Positions 57,320-64,000 of a stretch of 64,000 bases of DNA are shown here, piece by piece (the first letter of the stretch is position 1; each line of letters opens with the position of its first letter). The notes under the pieces were generated by a model. It made no database searches. It was not told the DNA's origin and saw only the letters and a program-made list of their open reading frames with translations. The position numbers and the translations under genes were made by a program. Origin of the DNA: Longimicrobiales bacterium (GTDB lineage Bacteria; Gemmatimonadota; Gemmatimonadetes; Longimicrobiales; Gaopeijiaceae); contig CBDFIQ010000001.1 of assembly GCA_965248195.1 (NCBI GenBank), positions 768,001 to 832,000 on the forward strand, written 5' to 3'.

Positions 57320-59980
57320 TTAGTAGGCCTGTTGTTGTTGGAAACGACAATATTTGATCTTCACCCACGCGGCGGCGGCGTCGCCAACAGCGGAAACCCC
57401 CTTTAGCGCCCATACCGCGTTGTATTGATTCGGATTTGAGACTGTCTCAGCGAGCGAGGTGGCCGTTTGTGTGTTGTATCCGGCCCCCGTCGAGGAGGTC
57501 AACGTCGCCAGCGGCTGGCCCGCGGCTGCGTCATTATCCCCTCGTATCAACTTACATGTGCAGATGTCCCCGGTGTTTTGACGATGCATCCGCGCCTCGA
57601 ACTCCTCGATCCGTACACCCTCCGGAATTGGGATCGGCACGATAAAGACTATGAGCGAGTTAGCGGTTAGCGGTTCTACGAGGCCCCCGTTGCCGAGAAG
57701 GTAGCTCCCCGAGTTGGCGTTCGGCCCGCCTCCGGACATCGGCAAGAGCAACTCGGTGAGATGCTCGTCGATCATGGTCGCGTAGTACGAATTACCGTGG
57801 ACTTGATTGTTCCCTATCTCGTCCTTCCAGGTATACTGAAAGCGGATCCCGGCCTCCTCACCGTCCGGTATGGTTATATCTTCGGACCACAACCCGTCAT
57901 ACGGAGGGCCCCCGCTACTTGGCTCGGTGTCCCACACGGCCGAGAACGCGCCCCAGTTGTCGCCCGCCTGCGAGCCGGCACGCTTCGAGAACTGTGGTCC
58001 TGGCGCGATGATCGCTTTGGACGGGTCGGTGATGGTGAGCTTCAAGCTGGCCGTGTTTGACTGAGCGTCCCGGTCGAACTCGACTTCCCAGCGCGGCGGA
58101 ACGAACTCGGTGTCTCCGCGCCGACGCTTGAACGGACCGACGACGGTCCCGCCGGTTTCCGTTAGGACCTTGACCTCGACCTCTTCGCCGATCGACGCCG
58201 TTACGAGGTTCGTCGAGCCCGTGCCGTCGAGGACGATCGCGCCGTGTTGTCCCACGAGGTCGCCGTCGTTCACGCTCGGAGTCGGGTCCGCCGGCGTCCC
58301 GCCACCTAGCGCCGTCACGTACGCGGTCGAGAAGTCTTCGTCCATCTTCCAGTTAATACGGATCTTCCCGTCGGTGTCGAAGCCGATCCCTAGGCCGGTG
58401 AGCTCCGCGATGTCGTCGGCATCGAAGGTATGCACAAATTGCCAAGTCCGACTGACATCGTTGGGGTCCTTAAAGATCACCCGTACCTTGATCGAGGCGT
58501 TATGCTTACCGATCAGGCTGATGCTCTCGCCCCTCGTCAACGTGGTGCTCACGCCGATGGTGCCCGTAGAACGGTCCCAGGAGGTCACCCATGTGCCACC
58601 GTACCCGCCCGAGTCCGATTTCTGCTGATGCTCTATGGCGGTGACCTTCAACTCCGGGTCCTCGATCGTTATGTCGAGCGATCCCGTCGACCCGCTCTGA
58701 TCTGGGTCGGCCCGGACGAACGGTCCCTGGGCCGCGTCCGTGAGGGCCTGGCCAATGTCGCCATCCTGGGGATCGGTGACCGCTCGCTGGATCCAGGGCT
58801 TGACGAATCCGGCGGGTACTCCCCGCGTCCGGATGAAGGTGTCGACCTGACCGCCGCCGAATTCATGCCGGAAGCCCGTGACGCCGAACGATCGATCCTC
58901 CGTATAGTGCACGTCGTTGGCGCCGAAGAGGTAGTAATCGTTCAGTTGGACGGGCCAGAAGCAGAGCGTCTTGATCTCTTGGTTCGCGACCGGGTCTTTC
59001 AGATCGAGAAGCGCCTTGTCTAGCATGTTCTGCGCTTCCGTGGACGTGTCGATCGGTGAGTCTTTGGGTTCCTCGATCTCCATCCACTGCCGGCCATATT
59101 TCGTGATCGAAGTGGCGTCGGAGGCTGTTACCTGGGCCCGCACATCGCTTGTGTTCGTGTACCACAAAGACAGGGCGTTCCGGATGTCGAGGCGCGATAG
59201 GGTGAAGTCAGGCACCGCCTCGTAGCGGTCGGGCTCCCAGGTCCAAGTGGTCGAGGTCGGCGCACGATCGGGATCGTAGAGCGTCAGCCGGAACGAACTC
59301 GTGCCGTCGTCCCAACGCGGTTGCACCACCCACCCGGTCAGAGCGGCGAGTTGCTGAAGCGCATCCATCACGGTTGACCGCTGCTGGATGTAGGTCGTGA
59401 TCAAGAAACTGGGCGAGGTGGGCGTGAAGAGCGTGAGCCCTGTCCACTCCGTGAGGATGTCCTGGATGACATCCTGCATCGCTCTGCCGGGGCCGGTCCC
59501 GAGCGTGCGCTCCGCTTCGATCCAACGGTCCGCGATCTCAGCGCCTATCGCGTCGCGTGCCATGACCTGCACGAAATCGTCTTCTACCGTCCACTGGTCG
59601 ATCACGCCCTGAAAGACGCGCTGCCAGTCACCGCCGGACGGACTCGAGCCGATGGCGACGGTAGCGAACTCGCACCGGATGCCACGGCCTACGTCGATGA
59701 GCGGAGCGTAGGCGGATACGGAATTACGGTTCAGCGTCGAGTCCTCATCGAGCGGCGCCAGCGAGTTGCCGCCTTCCTGCTTACGCCAGAAGGTGAACGA
59801 GCCCGTGGCCACGATCTGGTCGATCGTCTGGGCTATGCGGCCCGAATGCACCCAATCGATCGAGTCCTGGTTCGTAAGGTCCTGGTAGGTGCCATCCGCG
59901 TCTTCGACGAGCACACGAGCGAAGGTGGCAAAGTGGGCGCCCTGCAGGAGCGTCGTCTCGGAACCCGTGACGGTGCGCAC
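57320..59980 (-). CDS. Minor tail / baseplate hub-like protein with extended C-terminus
   Basis: RVFQGVID...VMARD, SITKYGR motifs; second gene after the tape measure. Confidence 0.75.
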   Translation of the reverse strand: MRTVTGSETTLLQGAHFATFARVLVEDADGTYQDLTNQDSIDWVHSGRIAQTIDQIVATGSFTFWRKQEGGNSLAPLDEDSTLNRNSVSAYAPLIDVGRGIRCEFATVAIGSSPSGGDWQRVFQGVIDQWTVEDDFVQVMARDAIGAEIADRWIEAERTLGTGPGRAMQDVIQDILTEWTGLTLFTPTSPSFLITTYIQQRSTVMDALQQLAALTGWVVQPRWDDGTSSFRLTLYDPDRAPTSTTWTWEPDRYEAVPDFTLSRLDIRNALSLWYTNTSDVRAQVTASDATSITKYGRQWMEIEEPKDSPIDTSTEAQNMLDKALLDLKDPVANQEIKTLCFWPVQLNDYYLFGANDVHYTEDRSFGVTGFRHEFGGGQVDTFIRTRGVPAGFVKPWIQRAVTDPQDGDIGQALTDAAQGPFVRADPDQSGSTGSLDITIEDPELKVTAIEHQQKSDSGGYGGTWVTSWDRSTGTIGVSTTLTRGESISLIGKHNASIKVRVIFKDPNDVSRTWQFVHTFDADDIAELTGLGIGFDTDGKIRINWKMDEDFSTAYVTALGGGTPADPTPSVNDGDLVGQHGAIVLDGTGSTNLVTASIGEEVEVKVLTETGGTVVGPFKRRRGDTEFVPPRWEVEFDRDAQSNTASLKLTITDPSKAIIAPGPQFSKRAGSQAGDNWGAFSAVWDTEPSSGGPPYDGLWSEDITIPDGEEAGIRFQYTWKDEIGNNQVHGNSYYATMIDEHLTELLLPMSGGGPNANSGSYLLGNGGLVEPLTANSLIVFIVPIPIPEGVRIEEFEARMHRQNTGDICTCKLIRGDNDAAAGQPLATLTSSTGAGYNTQTATSLAETVSNPNQYNAVWALKGVSAVGDAAAAWVKIKYCRFQQQQAY

Positions 59981-59981
59981 G

Positions 59982-60308
59982 TCAGGCCTCCTGCACGAGG
60001 AAGCTCAACCGGACGATGCCAACGCCTTTGTGCTCCCTCTGGATATTGCCCACGAGCACGTTGATAGAGCCCGTTAGATCGCCCGAAGCCGCTAGCGGAG
60101 GCGTGCCCTCGAGCGCGGAGACGATGGTATCCGCCGCCGCGGTCGCCATATACGCCGTCATGATCGACCAATTCCCTATGCGTGCCCTCACGGTCGACCG
60201 CGCGGAGCCATCGAACGCCCGCCCCCGCCGCCCAATCTCAACGCGAGGGCCCACCGGTCCACTGACCTCTACCGGAATCGTTTGGCCGGCGATGACCAGA
60301 AACGCCAC
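59982..60308 (-). CDS. Distal-tail-like protein
   Basis: Short beta-rich ORF right after the tape measure; RAFDGS motif. Confidence 0.6.
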   Translation of the reverse strand: MAFLVIAGQTIPVEVSGPVGPRVEIGRRGRAFDGSARSTVRARIGNWSIMTAYMATAAADTIVSALEGTPPLAASGDLTGSINVLVGNIQREHKGVGIVRLSFLVQEA

Positions 60309-60311
60309 GGA

Positions 60312-63300
60312 TCAAATCCTCCGTGCCGTGCGTGTCGTGGTGGCGATCGTCGACGCACCTGTCCGGGCGCGCCATTCGACCTCCTGCTCGAGCCCGTCCA
60401 TCAGCTCGCGTGGATTCTGTACGCCCTGCAGAACGATGTCGCCTTCGACGGTGATTTGGGGCCTCGCCAAGTCGCCGGCGTCCGAAGCGATTCGAGGCTG
60501 GAGTGGACGGCCACCACCATCTCGATCCGTCACCACGGTCGGATCGAGAGCCGTGGTCGCCTGGAACCGACCGAGCGCGACCTTGAAGCCGGCCGGCGCA
60601 TTGCGTAGGGCTGCCGTCGACCTCTCGACTTCCGTAGCCAACCCGTCCAACGCGCTTTCAGCGAACCCTATGGCGGTCAGGAACTGCCCGAAGTCGAGCT
60701 TGCCGAGCAGATCCCGGTCGAACTCACCGAAGCCGGCACGGAACATCTCGAGGAAAGCGTCGAAGTTCTCGGGCGTGAGTCCCTGGAGTACCCGCCCGAA
60801 TTCGTCGCTGACCTGGCTGGCCAAGAGGTCCATCACGCTCGCAAACTTCTCGCCCGGAGCCTCGATGTCGAAAAGCGCGAACTGCTTCTGCAGCAGCCCG
60901 AAGTCGCGGTTGAAGGTGTTGACGTTCCCGAGCGCCGTGATCAGGGTGCCGGAGTCCCGCGAGAGGCTCTGGAAATCCTGTTTCAGGGCTTTGGCGATAT
61001 CCGCAATATCGTCCAGCGTCAGCCCAAACTTGGCGAGGATCGCCTCAGGAAAGAACTCGGGCAAACCACCCGGCCCGAACACACCCAGATCGTCTATGTC
61101 CTCGTCCTCGTCGGCGACACCGTCATCACGAGGCGGGGGGTTCATGATGAGCTCCGCGTGTCTGGCCTGCGCTTCGGTTATCGCATTGAGAGCTTGTAGG
61201 GCAGCGTCGAACGGCAGGGTGACTGATACGTCACTCAGGGCATTCAGATCGTCCCCGAGCCGGTCCGCTGCCTCGATGTTCTTCTGGATGGTCGCGGTGT
61301 TTATCCGCATCGCCTCGGCGGCCGCCTGGGCCGCCTCCTCGGCAGCCGCCTGGGCCGCGATCTCCTTGTCGCTCGGGCCGAAGAGCCCGCCGATCACCGA
61401 ACCGAGGCCACTGACCACGCCGGACAGCGCAGTCGAGATGCCACCGCTCAACAGGGTCCCGAGAGCCGTAGAGACGATGGCTTGGGGATCTAGCAGTCCT
61501 TTCGCCTGATCCTTTAGGCCCCCGAAGAACGACGTCCCTTTCTCGCCAAACGACGTCCCTTTCTCGCCAAACTCGCCGGCTGCTGCTGTCGCTTCCTCCT
61601 GGAGGACGGTGAATCGACGGAGCTTGTCGAGCACCTCCTGGAATTTTTCGTTGGTCGGACCCAGGCCCAAGTCGATCATTTCTTCAAGTGCCGACCGGTA
61701 GATGTTCACCTTCGCGCTGACGAGATCGAACTGGCGCCCGAGCGCCGCTTCGAGTTGGTCGGCTTTCGCGAGCGCGGCGTCCAGGCTGTCGACGACGGCT
61801 AGCTCGGGAAATTGCTCGGCCAGACTGACGGCGGCGATGTCGCCCTGCATCCCATCGAGCATCTTCTGCCAGCTCGCGGAGATCGCGCCGTCCACTTCGA
61901 TGATATGAGCCTCGAGCCGATCGTAGTCGAGTTGCATGTCGTCGACGGCGGTTTTCGTCGCGGCGACCATCTCGTCTTGCAGCCGCTTCCCGAGCACCGC
62001 CTGCTTGTCTAGGGACGCCTGCTTGGCTAGGAGCGCCTCCTGCTCGTCGAATGTGGATACCGTAGGAGCACCCCTCGGGGATTGCGAATTATTGAGAGCG
62101 TCGGTTAGACGTTGAGCATCATCAGCGGCCTGCCTGACCTCGTTATGAAGCTCCCTGATTTCAGCAAGTCGTTGGTTTCGGCTTCGGCTGCTCCCGCTCG
62201 AACCGATCCTATCATGTTCACGCTCCGCGTCAGCCAGCTTTCGCCTTGCTTCCGCTTCCTGTTCAATCGCTTCGGCTTCCGTGAGGTCTCCCGTCGCGGC
62301 CGTGAACGAGCGCTGACTTGCGGCTGTACCGTCGATGCTCTTTTTCAGAGCCAGGAACAGGCTGGTGACTGTAATGAGCCCCACCAGAATTGCCCCGCCA
62401 GGCAGCAGCAGTGAACCAAGCCCACCGAGTGCTGCGGCCCCAAGCAACACGCCCACCGCGATCGTCAGGTTGCCGATAACAACCAGCAGCGGCCCGAGCG
62501 CAGCCGTGAGCGCCACCATGCCGATCGCCGTCGTCTGGATGCTCTTCGGCAGCTCGCCGAAGCCCTTGATCATGTCGCGCAGGAATTCGAGCACCGGCTT
62601 CGCGGCGTCGGCGATCGCGAGCAGAGCAGGTTTCAGTTGGTCGCCGAGCTCGCCCGCGATGTTGACGATCTTATTGGCTAGAGCCTTGAGCTGGTTGCCC
62701 GTCGTCGCATTGAATTTCTCGGCCTCGATCGTGAGCGCGGTGTTCTCGCGCCAAGCCGTGCTCCCGAGATCCAAGCTCTTGCGCATCAGCTCGCCTGCGC
62801 CTGAAGCGCGGAGCAGCGCATCGCGCACCCTGATGTTGCCGAATTCGACGGACTTGAGCACCTGGAAGACGTTGACCCCTTCGTCTGACAAACGTCCGAG
62901 CCCTTCGATGAACGTGACGAGCGCGTAGGCCGCGTCCGTCTCGAATGACTCGGCGAACTCCGCGCCGCTCATGCCCGCGATCCGGCCGAACTGCTCTAGC
63001 TTGTCGCCGCCGTCGCCGACGGCGATCGCCATCTCGGCCATCACCTTGCTCAGAGCCGTACCGCCGGACTCCGCCTCGATGCCTACCGAGGACAGGCTTG
63101 CTGCCAGTGCGAGGATTTGATCTTCGGTGAGCCCGATCTGGGTGCCTGCGCCGGCGAGTCGCAGACCCATCGCCACGATTTCTTGTTCTGTCGTGGCGAG
63201 ATTGTTGCCCAACGCGACGACGGTAGAGCCCAGACGATCGAACGCGTCCTGTGGCATGCCAGTGATGTTCGCGAGGCGTGCCAGGTCGGTGGCCGCTTCG

Positions 63301-63716
63301 GTGCTCGTGAGGTTGGTCGCCACCCCGAGGTCCGCCATGACGCGCGTGAAGCTGAGGATGTTGCTCGTTTCGATCCCAAGCTGACCTGCCGCCTCGCCGA
63401 TGTTCGCGAGCTCAGTCGCGGCGACCGGGATCTGCTCGGACAGAGTTTTGAATTCATCGCCGAGCGCGATGATCGTTTGAGCGCTCGCGTCGACCGTCTT
63501 CGCGACACCGGCCATTGCGTCCTCGAATTTGATCGAGGAAGCGACGGCACCCGCGCCGAGCGCGACGAGCGGCGCCGTCACGTTGAGCGACAGGCTGCGT
63601 CCCATCCGATCCAGGCGTTTGCCGACCTGCTCGAGCTTACGCGAGGACTCGATGACCGCCTTGTCGAGCTCGCTGTTGTCGGCCCGGATCCGGACGAGGA
63701 GGTCTTTCAGTCCCAT
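60312..63716 (-). CDS. Phage tail tape measure protein (TP901-like)
   Basis: FEDAMAGVAKT, ELANIGEAAGQLGI, LGSTVVALGNN.ATTE, AESGGTALS. Confidence 0.95.
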   Translation of the reverse strand: MGLKDLLVRIRADNSELDKAVIESSRKLEQVGKRLDRMGRSLSLNVTAPLVALGAGAVASSIKFEDAMAGVAKTVDASAQTIIALGDEFKTLSEQIPVAATELANIGEAAGQLGIETSNILSFTRVMADLGVATNLTSTEAATDLARLANITGMPQDAFDRLGSTVVALGNNLATTEQEIVAMGLRLAGAGTQIGLTEDQILALAASLSSVGIEAESGGTALSKVMAEMAIAVGDGGDKLEQFGRIAGMSGAEFAESFETDAAYALVTFIEGLGRLSDEGVNVFQVLKSVEFGNIRVRDALLRASGAGELMRKSLDLGSTAWRENTALTIEAEKFNATTGNQLKALANKIVNIAGELGDQLKPALLAIADAAKPVLEFLRDMIKGFGELPKSIQTTAIGMVALTAALGPLLVVIGNLTIAVGVLLGAAALGGLGSLLLPGGAILVGLITVTSLFLALKKSIDGTAASQRSFTAATGDLTEAEAIEQEAEARRKLADAEREHDRIGSSGSSRSRNQRLAEIRELHNEVRQAADDAQRLTDALNNSQSPRGAPTVSTFDEQEALLAKQASLDKQAVLGKRLQDEMVAATKTAVDDMQLDYDRLEAHIIEVDGAISASWQKMLDGMQGDIAAVSLAEQFPELAVVDSLDAALAKADQLEAALGRQFDLVSAKVNIYRSALEEMIDLGLGPTNEKFQEVLDKLRRFTVLQEEATAAAGEFGEKGTSFGEKGTSFFGGLKDQAKGLLDPQAIVSTALGTLLSGGISTALSGVVSGLGSVIGGLFGPSDKEIAAQAAAEEAAQAAAEAMRINTATIQKNIEAADRLGDDLNALSDVSVTLPFDAALQALNAITEAQARHAELIMNPPPRDDGVADEDEDIDDLGVFGPGGLPEFFPEAILAKFGLTLDDIADIAKALKQDFQSLSRDSGTLITALGNVNTFNRDFGLLQKQFALFDIEAPGEKFASVMDLLASQVSDEFGRVLQGLTPENFDAFLEMFRAGFGEFDRDLLGKLDFGQFLTAIGFAESALDGLATEVERSTAALRNAPAGFKVALGRFQATTALDPTVVTDRDGGGRPLQPRIASDAGDLARPQITVEGDIVLQGVQNPRELMDGLEQEVEWRARTGASTIATTTRTARRI

Positions 63717-63720
63717 GCCG

Positions 63721-64000
63721 TTATCGCAACCTTCTCAGAATGGCGCTGTTCGCTTTCATCACCCTGAGCATCTCCTCCGGCGTCTGTTCACGTTTCTTGC
63801 CCGCTGGAAGATTTGAGAAGAAATCCTGGGGCTCGTACGCTTTGGCGCCCGTCGCTCGTTTCGCGAAGAGGTTGGCGATTAGCGCGAGCACCTTCCCGAA
63901 ACGCAGATCGTCTAGCGTACGTTCGGACTCGGCGAGTTCCCGCTTGCGCTCGAGGAGGCGCAGCATCCCGCGTGGCGAAGACCGCCAGAAGTCCTGCTCG
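63721..64000 (-). CDS. Tail assembly chaperone (partial)
   Basis: EQDFWRSSPRGML...YEPQDFF; immediately upstream of the tape measure. Confidence 0.65.
   Translation of the reverse strand, partial: EQDFWRSSPRGMLRLLERKRELAESERTLDDLRFGKVLALIANLFAKRATGAKAYEPQDFFSNLPAGKKREQTPEEMLRVMKANSAILRRLR

Larger units (their letters stand above)
37731..64000. mobile_element. Temperate prophage, siphovirus-like tail module; left boundary about 37730, continues past the window
   Basis: Integrase, probable xis, recE/recT, cro/cI, endolysin and holins, tail and tape-measure genes. Confidence 0.93.

Noticed and set aside
61528..61572. 21-bp duplication (GEKGTSF twice) in the tape measure
   Set aside because: Ordinary in-frame slippage

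Overview
High-GC bacterial chromosome segment; gene style (SusC/SusD pair, M14 peptidase, NHL protein) suggests Gemmatimonadota, which is an inference. Bases 1-37.7 kb are host core around the replication origin: SusCD, lpdA, lemA, pdhCBA-lipA, bactofilin-M23-parB-parA, two parS sites, mnmG-acyP-mnmE-yidC-yidD-rnpA-rpmH, dnaA-oriC-dnaN. At about 37,730 an outer-membrane protein gene is cut off and a temperate prophage begins and runs past the window end. It contains a tyrosine integrase, a probable xis, an Ala-Trp repeat protein, RuvC-like resolvase, an atypical initiator-type tRNA-Met, recT/HNH/recE, a tandemly amplified two-gene unit, a cro/cI switch, a cargo region, and lysis and tail genes. 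The most striking feature is the cargo region after cI. It holds five orphan copies of the last 13-29 codons of S24 repressor genes, of two sequence types, placed between unrelated cargo genes (membrane and lipoproteins, HigBA, a Panacea antitoxin). This looks like a gene-capture cassette array anchored on the repressor 3' end. No database searches were run; all calls come from motif recognition.
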